From positions 52,968,745 to 53,021,079 of the forward strand of contig NC_057719.1 of assembly GCF_004010195.1 (NCBI RefSeq): a DNA stretch of 52,335 nt, in the 5' to 3' direction. How positions within the stretch are numbered: the stretch's first letter is position 1; every line of letters starts with the position of its first letter. This DNA comes from Chiloscyllium plagiosum. Taxonomy: Eukaryota. A model generated the notes under the pieces. The model worked only from the letters and a program-made list of their open reading frames with translations, ran no database searches and had not been told where the DNA came from. This document shows, one piece after another, positions 1 to 12,629 of this stretch. Position numbers and translations under genes: made by a program.

Positions 1-420
1 AATTGAAGAGGCAATCAACTGCTTAATGAACCTCTGATGACCACTTCTCGCAGAAAGTTCAACACCTTTGTGGAATTCTTGGAACATTAAACAACCAGAG
101 ACAGCCAGAATTTTAATTGCGAAAGCAACAATGGCTTCCTGTTATTAAAATGCTTCTGTAAACCCCAGCTGACTCCCTCTACTGGTACAAATACATATGC
201 TAGCTTCGAGTAAACAATATGTTCATTAGACTTTTTAACAAACTGTACTCTACATCCTTCACTAATGTGATGTCTTGCATTAACGATATGGCTAAATTAG
301 CATTCAAGACTCCATTTTGGCCTAAACAAGACACTTTAATTCCTGAACGAGCCGTTGAAAATCATCTTTTTCACAAATGAGCTACAAATATGAAATTGGC
401 TCATGTCAAACATTCATCCA
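1..420 (-). pseudogene. Ig-domain remnants
   Basis: IKVSCLGQNGVL...RESAGVYRSIL (D-x-G-x-Y-x-C-like, ~150-180), then FHKGVELSARSGH...KQLIASSI (~1-75). Confidence 0.45.
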
Positions 421-465
421 CACTACTACCAGAGTTGACAAGGAGGGAACTGTATATATTTGGGT

Positions 466-1240
466 AGGTTACAGATAGAGTACTGTGTGCAGTTCTGGAA
501 TCCACATTATAGCAGCAATGTGATTGTCCTGGAGAGGGTGCAGAGGAGGTTTACCAGGATATTGACTGGACTGGAGAGCTTTAGTTAAAAAGAGGGATTT
601 GATAGATTGGGGTTGTTTTCCTTGGAACAGAGGAAACTGTGAGGGAACATAACTGAGTTATAAAGAAAGGCTGGGTGGGCTGGCACTTTTTATTACTGGA
701 GCACAGAATGTTGAGAGATGACCTTATAGAAGTTTATAAAATAATGACAGGTATAGATGGAGTTAATGGTAGTTGTCTTTTCCCTAGGATGGGGATTTGA
801 AGGCTAGGGGGCACATTTTTAAGGTGGGAGGAGAAAGGTTTAAAAATGCATGAAGGTATTTCGTGTATGGAATGAAGTTTCTGAGGAAGTGGTGGATGTG
901 GGTCCAACATTTAAAAGACATTTGGATAAGTACATAAATACAAAAGGTTTGAAGGGTATGGGCCAGGAGCAGGAAGGTGGGACTAATATAGTTGGGATTA
1001 TGTTCGGCATGGACTGGTTGGACCAAAGTGTCTTTTTCACTCCGAGTGGTAGAAATCTGCAACTCATTGTCTCCAAATGTAGTAAAGGTGAGCTCTCTCA
1101 TAGCATTTAAGAAGCATTTAGACGTAGAACTGCATTGCCAAAGTGTGTAAGGTTATGAGCTAAGTGCTGGACAAATGGCATCAGAATATTTAGATGGACC
1201 TAACGCTTTTTTTAACGCTGTTAAACCTCTATGACTCTTA
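466..1240 (+). mobile_element. CR1 LINE 3' fragments (two nested subfamilies)
   Basis: EYCVQFW and GHIFKVGGERFK/VWNEVSEEVV motifs of the CR1 ORF2 C-terminus; ends in a ctctatgactct tail. Confidence 0.9.
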
Positions 1241-1454
1241 GAATCTGGAGAGTAACTGAGCAATTATAGTACAATGATGTGATATCATAGCAAAGTTAAA
1301 AGTCTAAATTGCTTTATGCAAACAACTAATTTATTCTAAGTACAGTGTATTTTGTTTGGTAAAGAAATGGAACAGAAACTGAACCATGAAGCGGTGAGCT
1401 ACCAAAAACAAGGGACAGATAAATTACCCATTAATTTATTTTTAATGGTATTGT

Positions 1455-1690
1455 TTAAGAAAGGAATATTGCCTAAGGCACTGGAAGAATGCCTTACTCT
1501 TAATTGAATGGTGATGAGATCATTAGAGCTTATTTAAACCAGGTAGGCAAGACCTCAGTTTTACATCTCACCCAAGAGGCAATACTTTTGAGAGTCTAGT
1601 GTTGCCTTAGCAGCTCTCTGTGCTGTCAGCATCTTCATAGAGTGCGGCTCAAAGCCATTATCCTCTGACTGAATGCCAAGATTGTTCGAG
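1455..1690 (-). mobile_element. Old DeuSINE (AmnSINE1/SacSINE1-like) copy
   Basis: Reverse complement follows the Deu-domain consensus as I recall it (gctgaca...gtgagatgtaaaactgagg...ccagtgcct..gcaatatt), heavily diverged. Confidence 0.65.
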
Positions 1691-1789
1691 GTTGATGTAC
1701 ACTGAAGCTGGTTCATATTGCACAAGTGGGATCTGAGCTTCCAGTTATCAGAGCTTTAGCAGCAGGTACCAATCTCAGAGTAAACTTAA

Positions 1790-2145
1790 ATAAAACAAAA
1801 AAAACCTGCGGAAACTGGATATCTGAAACAAAAAGCAGAAATTGCCGGAGAAAGTCAACAGGTCTAGAAGCATCTGAGGGAAGAATGCAGAGTGAAGAGA
1901 ATTCAAAGTTAACATTTCGGGTCCGGTAACACTTCCTCAGAACTGCTTACCTCTTCCCCTGTCCCCACTTTGGCTTCAACATAAACACTACTTTTTTATG
2001 AACTACTTATAGTTCTGAGGAAGAGTCACTGGACTCGAAACACTAACTCTAATTTCTCTTCACAGATGTTGTCAGACCTGCTGAGCTTTTCCAGCAACTT
2101 CTGTTTCTGTTTCTGATTTACAGCATCTCTAGTTCTTTCAGCTTT
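1790..2145. mobile_element. Penelope-like element pLTR stubs in inverted orientation, each with a hammerhead motif
   Basis: 1790-1945 is the diverged reverse complement of 2011-2145. The plus copy has agtt-CTGAGGA-a-gagtc-actg-gactc-GAAA at 2011-2040. Confidence 0.85.
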
Positions 2146-2149
2146 TAAA

Positions 2150-2888
2150 AAAGCAGAGAGAACATTTCAAGCCTGGTGACTCTTTACCTGGATGATTAGT
2201 AGCTTGGAAAAAGTGATATTTATGCTGGAGCCAAAGTGGGGATGGGGGAAGAGGTGAGTGGAAAAAAAATCTATCAATTTTGTTTCCAAATTCTACCTTG
2301 CTCTCACCTTCACTTTAAGTAAACAAGCAGGAGACTGGAAGAACACCGCAAGCCAGGCAGCATCAGGATGTGGAAATTGTTTCGGGTATAACCTTTCTTT
2401 AGGACTTTGGGTTGGTGTAAGGGGAGCTGCAGGTAAAGGGGGGTAGTGTGGTGTGGTAGGGCTAGGTGAACACAGGTAGAGGGTACAACCTGGTTGGTCG
2501 ATGGGAGGAATGAAAACGGTTGGTAGCTGGAAGGGAGGGTCAGTTAGAGAAATGGAAGGGAGGGGGTGGGAGAGGGGCTGGGAAGGGTGTCGTAGGATGA
2601 GGATGGAGGTTATTTGAAATTGGAGAACTCAAAGTTGAGTCCTCTAGGTTGTAGGCTTCCCAGGCAGAAGATGAGGTGTTGTTCCTCCAATTTGTGGTCT
2701 GATTCGCTATGGCAACTGAGCAAGCCAAGGATGGTCATGTTGGAAAGGGAGTGGGAATGCAAATTAAAATGGATGGTGACTGGGAGGTCAGGTCAAGCTC
2801 TGCGGGCCCAGCTGAGATGCTAGGCGAAACATTCCCTGAGTTTATGTTTGGTCTCACAAATGTAGAGAAGACCACATCGGGAATACAT
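2150..2888 (-). mobile_element. Penelope-like element 3' part with GIY-YIG endonuclease C-terminus
   Basis: Minus translation SRCGLLYICETKHKLRECFA*HL...KLEEQHLIFCLGSLQPRGLNFEFSNFK*. Confidence 0.85.
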
Positions 2889-4310
2889 GGGCCATCTAAC
2901 TTCTCCCTTTCTTTCCTCAACATCTCCGTTTCCATTTCTGGGGATAAACTGGCCACCAATATCCACTACTATCCCATTGACTTCCAGAGTTAGCTTGACA
3001 ATACATCCTTACACCGTGTTTCCTATACGATCTCCATTCCATTCTCCTGGTTTCTCCATCTCTATCACAAATGTTCCAATGATGCCACCTTCTGGAGGGG
3101 ACACACAGAACTGGCACACAGAATCCTCAACCAAGGATTCCTCACTAATGTGGTCAAGAGGGCCCTTACTTCTACCCAGCTCTTGCACTTTTGCCCTCAC
3201 CTCTTCCCTTCCCTCCTGCTACAATGATGGGGTCCATCTGGTCCTCACTTACCATCCCACAAGACTGTGCATACAGAGGATTATAAGGTGCTATTTCCAT
3301 CATCTCTAATGCAATGCCACAGCCAGAAACACATTCCCTTCCACTCCCTTGGCTGTTCCCTCTGGGACACTCTGGCACACTGCTGCTCCACTCCCAACAT
3401 CTCGCCACACTCTCACAGCACCTTCCACTGCAATCGCAGAGGGTGTAACACCTGTCCATTTAGCTCCTCCCTCCTCATCATCTGAGGCCCCAGATATACC
3501 TTCCAGGTGAAGCAGTGATTTACCTCCACTTCATTTAATCTAGTCCACTATATTCATTGTTCACAATGTGGCCTCCTCTACACTGGGGAGATGAAAGGCT
3601 AGTTGGATGACTGCTTTGTGAAACAACCTCATTCCTCAAAAATGACCCTGAGCCACTTCAACACACCACTGTGTTCGCACATCAACAATTCTGTCACAGG
3701 CCTGCTGCAGTGCTCCAGCGAGCCTCAGTGCAAGCTCAAAGATAATATCTCATTTTCCCCTTGGAGACCCTGCAGCCTCTAGGACTCAACATCAAGTTCA
3801 ATAATTTTAGAGCCTGATTCCCATGTTTTCTACCCCAATTCACTTGGTCCTGTTCTGACATGGGTTGCTTTTAGCACAGTCACACATTTCCATGTACCCC
3901 TGGGCCTATTATCACGTTATCAAGGTTGCATTTATCATACTTTACCCATTTTCTCACTTTCTCTTATCTCTTACCCCTGATTCAGCTTTTCTTCTGTTCT
4001 AGCCTGTTATCCATAATCTACTTTGGTCAGCATGGACCAATTTGGGCCAAAGGGCCTGTCTCCATGCTGTAGGACTCTATGACACCAAGTGTTTACCTCC
4101 CCCTTTTATATCTCACTCTTGTTAGGCTCTGTCTCCACCCAACTGTGGACCTCTCCCTTTCTCTGTGCCATCCCACCCCCAACATCAGCTTCAGCGTATA
4201 TATCACATTTTCCTGGCTGCTAAGAGTTCTGATGAAGAGCCATTGAACTTGAAACATTAACTCTGCTTTCTTCCCATGGATGCTGCCAGACCTGCTGATT
4301 TTCCTTAGAG
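2889..4310 (+). mobile_element. Penelope-like element: end of RT, Zn-finger linker, GIY-YIG, 3' pLTR
   Basis: FLNISVSISGDKLATNIHYYP; TFHCNRRGCNTCPF; NLVHYIHCSQCGLLYTGE; hammerhead motif agagtt-CTGATGA...GAAAcatt-aactct at 4223-4264. Confidence 0.88.
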
Positions 4311-4549
4311 CAGACTTGCCAATTTTCCTCAGGCTAGCTATCAGGAAGTGCTAATAAAATTGAGACTACCAAGTGGCTGACGTTAATGATTCTGACAAGG
4401 GTCCAGTAACCATTTAATGAAACATGGAAGAGCAACTCTCCAGAGAATCATGGGACTGTCACCAAATCCAGCAACTTAAAAACATGTGGTAAATATAACT
4501 AACAGTGCCAAACTATGCTCAAAGCATTCTGAAAATAAACTCTTGTTAC

Positions 4550-4860
4550 ACACGGTGGCTCAGTGGTTAGCACTGCTGCCTCACAGCACCAGCAACCTGG
4601 GTTGGATTCCATCTTCAGGCAACTGTCTGTCTGGAGTTTGCACATTCTCCTTGGATTTGTGTTGGTTTCCTCCCACAGTTCAAAGGTAGGTAAGTTAGGT
4701 GAATTTGCCATGCTTAATTGCCCATCGTGTTCAGGGATGTGTAGGCTAGGTGCTTTAGTCAGGGGAATGGGTCTGGGTGAGGTATTCTTTGGAGGGTCAG
4801 TGTGGACTTGTTCGTCCAAAAGGCCAGTTTCCAAACTGTACTGGCTCTATGACTCTAATA
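4550..4860 (+). mobile_element. HE1-type tRNA-derived SINE
   Basis: A box tggctcagtgg, B-box-like ggttggattcc, ggagtttgcacattctcc core, CR1-like 3' tail. Confidence 0.9.
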
Positions 4861-5229
4861 GCCTGCATTTTAATTGCAATCCAGTTAAATCAGTCGCTTT
4901 TATTTTCTAATTTGGAAGCTAATGCCTCTTTAGTTTCATTTGAGAACTGAAATTTAAAAGTTGGATGTTGCATTGAGAAAGCAGACAATTTTGAAATGAA
5001 ATAAATTTACTGAGAACCAAATTAAAACAAAATTAAATGGAGGTAATAATGAATGTCTATGCAGACAGCATAATTTCTTTCAGGCATGATCTTGTCAGAC
5101 TGTCACTGCACATACAATGATGTTAATTATTATCTTCCAATGAACCTTCTCAGGCATAAATGAGAGAAACAAAAGTTCAAACTCAATATGAATTTCCTGT
5201 CATATGCCTCCAAATTAGTATATTTGAGT

Positions 5230-5720
5230 AGACATATTAAGCTGTATTAGTCATTGGACATGTGATATTGCAATAACAACTTTTCAAAAATCTTTTTTTG
5301 TAATAAAAGCATCCAAGAAACTGTGGAAGCAATTAGTCTTGTTCCCCTCCTGTTTGTTAATAGCTTCCCTTTCAACTATTTTACTTTCTTTCAGGTGAAA
5401 GGGCTTTGCTTCCATTTGGGGCTGTACTTTGATGATATCGTTAAACTTGATGACCATTAAGTGGAGATTTTTTGATGTTTAACAAACTCTACACTTTCCA
5501 TCAGAAGCCATTTCGATGATGGAAAAATAGAGTTTCAAAATTATGTTCACTTCCTAAAGTTTGCTGAAGTAGTTACAATTTTTTTTAAGGAGGGAAGTGT
5601 GTGCCCATGACTTTTGAAAGTTAATAATCAGAATGGCAGTTATCAGTTACAATTTTGGAAACCTTAAACTGTGACGAAACAAGAAGAAATTGTCAGCAAG
5701 ACTTAGTGATCAATTTAAAT
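5230..5720 (-). pseudogene. Ig-domain remnants
   Basis: KIVTDNCHSDY; SLLNIKKS...TAPNGS; KIVEGKLLT...TVSWML; AISHVQ/TNTA*YV (frameshifted). Confidence 0.4.
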
Positions 5721-6229
5721 TTGTGGGCTTTTTTTTCAAAGAATTGTTCAGTGAGATAGTTGCTAATGTCCTTATTTCATAACCATAGTGCATTGAAATC
5801 TGATGAAGGTCAATAGTCCTGGCAAGCTATCTAGTGCATGTGGCCATCAGTTTTAAAAGTAGACAGTCATGGGATCCACTGAATCCTATGAGAGAAGGAA
5901 ATGAATCACTCAACCATTCTTTTGCCCAGATGAAGGTGAATATCTGTCATAAGTGTGTGGGAGGTGAATGAAGAAAAATGGTGAAAATAACTGAATTATC
6001 TGATGAAAGTCGAAATCTTATAACATCAGCACCTTCACATCGTCTCCTTGGAAAGCACTGCCCTACTTATCAAAAATTATAAAAGTAGTCTATACAATTA
6101 TTGCTCTGATATCAATGCCATGTTGTTAGTTTATCCTTGACTCAATGCTGAGTCACATAGACCAAGGCAAGAACGTGACCATCAAGTGTTTCCTGAAGGT
6201 ATTCAAGGAGAAAGGAGGTGACGGTGCTC

Positions 6230-7005
6230 TCACATAGAGTATATAGCACAGTTGGGCAGCTTGATAACAGTCCCTTCAGTCCAACTCGTCCATGCCTTCC
6301 AGATATCCTAAATAAATCTAATCATATTTGCCAGCATTTGGCGCATATCCCTCTAAACCCTTCCTATTGATGTACCCATCCAGATGCCTTTTAACTGTTG
6401 TAATGGTGCCAGTCTTCGCCACTTCCTCAGGCAGCTTGTTCCACACACGCACAACCCTTTGCTTGAAAAGGTTGCCCCTTATGTTCATTGTGAATATTTT
6501 CCCTCTCACCTTAAACCTATGCCCTCTAGTTTTGGACTCCCCCGCCTCAAGGAAAACACCTTGAAAATTTATTCTATTCATGTCCCTCATGATTTTATAA
6601 ACCTCTATAAGGTTAAGAGAGGCTGAAAAAACCTTACCCTGAAAAACGCCTCTGACGCTCCAGGAAAAATAGCCCCAGCTTATTCAATCTCTCCCTATAG
6701 CTCAAACCCTCCAACCCTGCAAACATCCTTGTAAATCTTTTCTAAGCTCTTTCAAATTTCACAACATCCTTCCTATAGCAGGGAGACCAGAAATGCATGC
6801 AGTACTCTAAAAGTGTCCTAACCAATGTTTTGCACAGCTGCAACATGACCTCTCAACATTTATACTCAATACACTTACCAATAATGGCAAACATACCAAA
6901 CACCTTCTTCAGTATCTTATCTATCTGTGACTCAATTTTCAAGGAGCTATGAACCTGCACTCCAAGGTCTCTTTGTCCAGCAACACTCCCCAGGAGCTTC
7001 CCCAG
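6230..7005 (-). mobile_element. CR1 LINE 3' fragment
   Basis: ORF 6318..6590: TRGHRFKVRG...QRVVRVWNKLPEEV. Confidence 0.92.
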
Positions 7006-7039
7006 TCCTGCCTGCAGCACCATTATTCATTTTCCCCAC

Positions 7040-8810
7040 ACAGAGGAGCTGGATTGAGACAATCCATTTGTACAACCCCTACGCCCCGGCAAGCAGCAAG
7101 CAGCAGATCAAAATAACCCTGAAGGTGGAGGCCAGTGGGAACATCCTCCACCCACCCTCCAGCTTTGCGATTCAAGGGAACTGAGGCTATCTGCCGTAGG
7201 TGGGGCAGCCTCGAATATGCCGAACCTGCGGGAGGGCAGGGCGCACAGCAGCGGACTGCAAAGTAACACTCTGCAGAAACTGAAAATGGGAGGGTCACCT
7301 GACTAAGGACTGCAAGGAGTCCAAAAGCTGCAACCTGTGTGAGGAAGCAGGCCATCGACACAAGGCCTGCACAAGTTGGGGGATGGCGCCACATATGCTC
7401 AGATGGCTGGGAGTGGCAAAACAAGCCTTGGAACCCCAGAGGGCAGTAACGTGCCACCTTCCAGCAGAAAAACAGAATCAAGATGCGCCTAGAAGGAAAG
7501 ACAGGCCAGAGAGGCGGAATAGGTAATCAGCACAGAAGCACAATAACCAACCTAACCTCCACCTGAACAGACAGAATTGATGAAGAAGGACAGGGAGTGG
7601 ATGCAGTGAGAAACAACTGGAAAAGAAATCATGTTAGGGTCCCAAAGCCCCACAGCAAAATGGAAAAAGGCAGCTGCATGATGGCTACACCAGCAATTGC
7701 TTCTCCAACGAAGACATGCCATCAACAAAAAAGAAACAGGGTACCACAGTCAGGAAGGAGAGGAGCAGGCCCCGAGCTGGAAACGCTGGACTTGCTGAGG
7801 GACCCAGTGAAGCCCAATCTCCAGCCATTGGGAATCACGGGGTAACCACTGCACCACAGCTTTGGGAAACCAGGATCAATGATGCTCTGACAGTCTGTCT
7901 GTCAGTCTCAGAACTGGATCCTGCTGTCTTTGTCCTCACCCTGACATCACCAGAGCAGGGGAATCCCCTCCAGGGAGGAGCAGGATGGCTACCTCAATGT
8001 CCAACAATTTTCCCCCACCACAAGGATGAAGGAAGTTCCCCAGTGACAAGGCCTCAGATGAACGGACATTGGGTAATCCTATAAACTGTTAAAAATGGAT
8101 GTTTAAATTGCCAGTATTAACATGTATTAATGATATTAGCATTAAATCTATTACGCGATGTGTTTCCACTTTGGCTTACCTGGCCAACATCAAAGCAGGC
8201 CTCCTGTTTCTACGCGTGTGTGGGATATCACATCTCTGTGGCTACGGGAGATAGTTGATTCATGGGCCTTCGATTTAGTCAATTGGGTATGATTGCCATT
8301 CCTCTGGCCTGGGGAGGCAATGTCATCATCTCCGAGGTTAAGGAGGTGTTGGGCAGGCACCTCCTCATAGCAAACATTATATCCAGAAACCCTGCTCTGA
8401 CTAATTAACATGTATGCTCTGGTGGTACAGAGTGAGCGGCTGGCCGTCCTATACCAAAAACATCCAGGCCAGTCGTTCTGGCTAGAGATTTCAACTGCAT
8501 CATCGATGTTGCTGGACGAATTGGAGGAGCTGACAGCAAACCCGACTTCATGTCCAGATTCCTGATGGAAATGGTTCAAGTTGCCAAGATGCACAATGCT
8601 TTCAGCACCCCTGCAGACGGGCTACAGCATAGATGCACCTGGCCACGGGCAGACAGGTCTATCCGCCTAAGTATAGATTTCCTATTTGCCTCCCACACGT
8701 TCTCGATCAGATCCACTGACATTAATCCGGTGTTCTTCTCTGACTACTGCCTCCTGCTGGCCAACTGCCACCTACAGGATGAGCAGTGGGCTGGTAAGGG
8801 GACGTATTAT
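7040..8810 (+). mobile_element. Tx1-like (L1 clade) LINE fragment: ORF1 zinc knuckles and start of ORF2 APE endonuclease
   Basis: TIHLYNPY...HPPSSFAI followed by decayed CCHC knuckles (~7215-7370). APE motifs RCVSTLAYL, DFNCIID, SIDFLF and FFSDYC in 8130-8800. Confidence 0.8.
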
Positions 8811-8814
8811 TCCT

Positions 8815-9300
8815 TAACATCGATTGGATTAAAACACTATCTTAAATGGTATGAAAAAAATCAGGTAACATTCCCCTCCCTGATTCATCACAGTGTCTGT
8901 AATTCAGCTTTTAGTTTATAAACTCTGAGCTGAAACTACTCAAATTTCAAACACTTACTAGACAATTCTATCCTAGATCAGAATGGTATCAAGGAGCCCC
9001 AACAGTCTGCAGCCTCAATGCATCACAAGTTATTATTGTGGGTTTTAATTATTTAATTCCATTATTCATTTAAGTTGCTTTTCTAATATTTTATTTGCTT
9101 CATCACCAACTTGCATACTACATTAAGGCACAAGATAAAAGAGATTGCTTCCAGAGACTGACTAAACTGCTAGCTCCTATCTCTTTAGTAGAGGACAACC
9201 AATTCTATCAGCTCCAATAAATCTAGCACCCTGCCTGACTGCCAATCGCATGGTCCAGTTTCACTACACAGGGTCAGGTGAACCCTGTATATAATTGCAA
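8815..9300 (-). pseudogene. Ig-domain remnants (about two domains)
   Basis: CNYIQGSPDPV**NWT (9253-9299); GCRLLGLLDTILI*DR (~8965-9015); ITDTVMNQGGECY (~8865-8905). Confidence 0.55.
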
Positions 9301-9304
9301 GATG

Positions 9305-9420
9305 AGGGGCTCTGTGTCACAGTGGTAATGTCCCTCCCTCTGGGCTGATATCCTGGGTTCAAGCTCCAGTGTTCTAGAAGTGTGCCATAATACATCTGGA
9401 CAGGTTGATTAAATGTATCT
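9305..9420 (+). mobile_element. Short tRNA-derived SINE-like repeat
   Basis: gtcacagtggtaa ... cctgggttcaagctcc A/B boxes; a related reverse copy lies at ~42910-43012. Confidence 0.55.
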
Positions 9421-9544
9421 ACAATTGACAGTGGACTTCCTCCATTTTGTATCCAGCTCCTCTGAGATATGACTCAAAAGTTTATTAGCATTTTTGCTGT
9501 TTTTCAGGGTCCTCACATTTAGGAAATACCCCCAAGTTATCTTA

Positions 9545-9752
9545 AAAGTAAAACAAAATAATGCAGATGCTGGAAATCTAAACACAGACAATGCTTGAGA
9601 CTGTAAGCACGTCTAGCATCATGTGTGGAGAGAGAAATAGAATTGACATTTCAAGTTCATTATGATTGTTCTTTTGGACTTGAAACATTAAAACTGTTTC
9701 TGTCTACATAGCCAGTCTTGTTGAGTTTCTCCAGCATTTTCTGCATCTGTTC
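9545..9752. mobile_element. Palindromic Penelope pLTR stub (degraded)
   Basis: atgcagatgctggaaa at the left end and ccagcattttctgcat at the right end; ggacttgaaacattaa hammerhead remnant. Confidence 0.75.
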
Positions 9753-9899
9753 CCAATTTATCTTACTTGGGTTCAAAGAATTTCTACAGTTATAAATAGT
9801 TTAATACAATTTCACATTTAAGATATACATTTTTTGCTTTCCTTGAGTGCCAAGATGGAGGGAGATCTTTCTGCTACAATAGTATTTTATAAGTACTGT

Positions 9900-10360
9900 T
9901 TAAGTGTTCAAATTTGAATGCGACTACTTTTGGGTTATCAATTTTGTGGCAAGCGTACGTCCTCTTTTATTGAGCAGCTTGAAGGGACAATTTTTCTAAG
10001 AAAACAAAATGGAAGGATTTGGATAATTCATTGAATTACATTGACGCTTTAAATAATAAAAATGATTGGTTTCTCTGAAAACTTGTAAAAACCAATCTAA
10101 ACCTGTAGGTTAAATAATTGTTAGTTGCACAGATAATTTATAGGAATCAATAGTCTTGACAGCTGATTGATCATTATGGAGCAGAACCCATGTGCTCTGC
10201 CATTTTAGAGATTTGCACAACAGTGTAATGCTGTGACTATAGCAGCTCCCCAAGTGGTATTTTGCACTAATAAGATGCAGCTGTTGGTCAAAAAAAGATG
10301 TTCTGCTTACCATGCAATTGAATAACATCATATAAGCAGTTATTACATTTCAAATGATCA
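9900..10360 (-). pseudogene. Ig-domain remnants (contiguous, about two domains)
   Basis: ORF 10110..10331 FNCMVS...SHSITLLCKSL..STWVLLHND...YKLSVQLTII*PTGLD, then frameshift GFYKF, then CSIKEDVRLP. Confidence 0.55.
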
Positions 10361-10364
10361 TCCA

Positions 10365-11540
10365 ATCACTTATTAAAGGCTGTGAGATATCCCATCTCAA
10401 CAATCTTCCCAGGCAGTGTATACCAGATTCCCACTACTCTCTGGGTGAAAGAATGTTTCCCCAAATCCCCTCTAAACCTCCTACTTTTCATCTTAAAATT
10501 ATGCCCCTTCATTATTGATCTTTCAACTAAGGGGAACAGCTGCTTTCTTTCCATTCTCTTCACCTCAGTCAGGTCTCCCCTCAGCCTTCCCTGCTCTTAG
10601 GGAAACAATTCAAGCTTTTATAGCCTCTCAAATGCTCCATCCCAGGCAACATCCTGGTTACCTTCCTCTGCATCTACTCCAGGGCAATCATGTCCTTTCT
10701 TTATTTCAGTGATCAGAATTACACACAGTACGCAATGGCCTAATCAAAGTTTTGTACAGTTTCAACATATCCTCCCTGCACTTATAATCTATGCCACAAT
10801 TGATAAATGTAAGTGTCCCATATGTCTTCTCAGCCACATTATTAAACTATTCCGTGGCCTTCAAGGATCTGTGGACAAACACCCCAAGATGTGCCTCTGA
10901 GCTTCCTGGCATCCAGCCATTCATTGAGTACTCCCTTGTGTTCCTATTTCTTCCTAAGTGCATCACCTCACACTTATCAGGGTTAAATTTCACCTGCCAC
11001 TGATCTGCCCATCTTATCAACCCTTTTATATCCTTCTGCAAACTAAGACCTTTTTCCTCACTGTCAAACCATCTAGCCAATCTTCATGTCATCTGAAAAC
11101 TTACTTATCACTGCCCCTACAGTACAAAATGGAGGTAGCAGTGATTCTGGTGTTACACCATTAGACACCAGCCTCCAATCACACAAACAGCCGTCTGGCA
11201 CCACCCTCTATCGCTTACCACCAAGACAATGTTGGATTCATGTTGTCAATTTACCCTGGATCTCACTGATTTTACCTTTTTTATCAACCTTGTCGAAGGC
11301 TTTCTTGTAATTCATGTAAGCTACAATAGTATTACCCTCATCTACACACCTGATCATTTCCTCAAAAAATTCTATCAAATTTGTTAGCTATGATCTCCTT
11401 TTGACAAAACCATGCTGACTATCCCTGATCAAACCTTGCCTCTCCAAATGTAGATTAATTTCCTCCTTCAGAATTTTCTCTAATAGTTTTCCTGCCATTG
11501 ATGTGAGACTCATTGGTCTTTAATTCCCTGTCTTATCTAT
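10365..11540 (-). mobile_element. CR1 LINE RT fragment (older subfamily)
   Basis: WADQWQVKFNPDKCEVMHLG; FTQRVVGIWYTLP. Confidence 0.9.
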
Positions 11541-11557
11541 TGTATAACAATCCACGT

Positions 11558-12625
11558 TGTAAAGATGGACTGGAGATGTGCAGATGGACTGGAGATGGGA
11601 GATTGTTTACAAGTAAAGCTGATTAGTTTGTGGACTAGGGATCAATTGTCACTAACAAAGGTCCTTCTTGTTGCCAACAACAAGGTGATTGGTTGTCAGT
11701 CAGCCAAAGAGCCTGGGTTGTGAAATAAACAGAAAAAAGCTAGCCAGGCCCAAAGAAGTCTACATCAGCCATACACCTCTCTCTCTCAGTTCTCTGCAAT
11801 AAGCCATTTTAAACCTGAGTAAAACAAGCTATTTTCTCTTCAGTAGATGCAGCAAGTTGTGCCTCTTAAAGCCCCATAATTCAGAGACCTATTATAAGTA
11901 AATTAGCTGTCCTGTGCCACTTCCAAACCAGTGGATGCATTTGGAAAAAAAGGAAGGTTGACGAGAAACTATTGGATCAGAAAGAACAAACCAAAGATCT
12001 TTTGAGCAAAGACCACTGAACAGATTTTTCCATTTTCCCTCAGACCATGTGTTTCTTTATCTCCCATTTATGTATGCGCGTGTCCTTGTGTGTATACATA
12101 AATGGGAGTTTATAGTGGGTTTAGAGATTAAACTTATAGACTTTACCTAATTTAGTTTAATTGCTCACCTGTAGCTCGAATCTAATTACCTATAATAAAT
12201 AGTGATTCTTGTTCAAGACGGAAACCGGGTCCATGTTTTCTATCAATCTGAATTATGGGAGTGGCACAGTAGCTCAGTGGTTAGTACTGCTGCCTCACAG
12301 CACCAGGGACCCAGGTTCGATTCCTCCCTCAGCGACTACCTGTATGGAGTTTGCACGTTCTCCCTGTGTCTGCGTGGGTTTCCTCCCACAATCCAAAGAT
12401 GTGCAGGTTAGATGAATTGGCCGTGCTAAATTGCCCAGAGTGTCAGTGGTGAATATAGGGGTCTGGGTGGGTTACTCTTTGGAGGGTCGGTTTGGGCTGA
12501 AGGGCCTGTTTCCATACTGTAGGGAATCTAATCTTAAATCAGGTAGTCCAGGGATATGTGTACTTTTTTGAAAATCTTAAATATTATGACAATTCTGGGA
12601 ATAGCAGGCTTTATTTTCCAGGAAG
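11558..12625 (+). mobile_element. Possible solo LTR interrupted by a SINE
   Basis: Starts TGT; CCAAT-like gattgg, ct-rich tract, aataaa at ~12194. No clear TSD seen. Confidence 0.35.
12258..12535 (+). mobile_element. HE1-type SINE
   Basis: tagctcagtggttag A box, ggttcgattcc B box, gggcctgtttcc...aatcta tail. Confidence 0.92.
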
Positions 12626-12629
12626 CTAT

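Noticed and set aside
1..139. Open minus frame after aataacag as an exon of a live gene
   Set aside because: Weak pyrimidine tract, and Ig-like motifs continue upstream of the supposed acceptor.
4550..4625. tRNA genes at SINE heads (also 12258 and 35655)
   Set aside because: The tRNA-like A/B boxes continue into SINE body and CR1-like tail.
5396..5460. Plus-strand terminal exon after ctttcag (VKGLCFHLGLYFDDIVKLDDH*)
   Set aside because: No supporting upstream plus-strand exons or recognisable product.
5996..6022. ttat-CTGATGA-aagtc-GAAA-tctt-ataa minimal hammerhead-like string
   Set aside because: No helix II and no flanking pLTR similarity; plausible by chance in AT-rich DNA.
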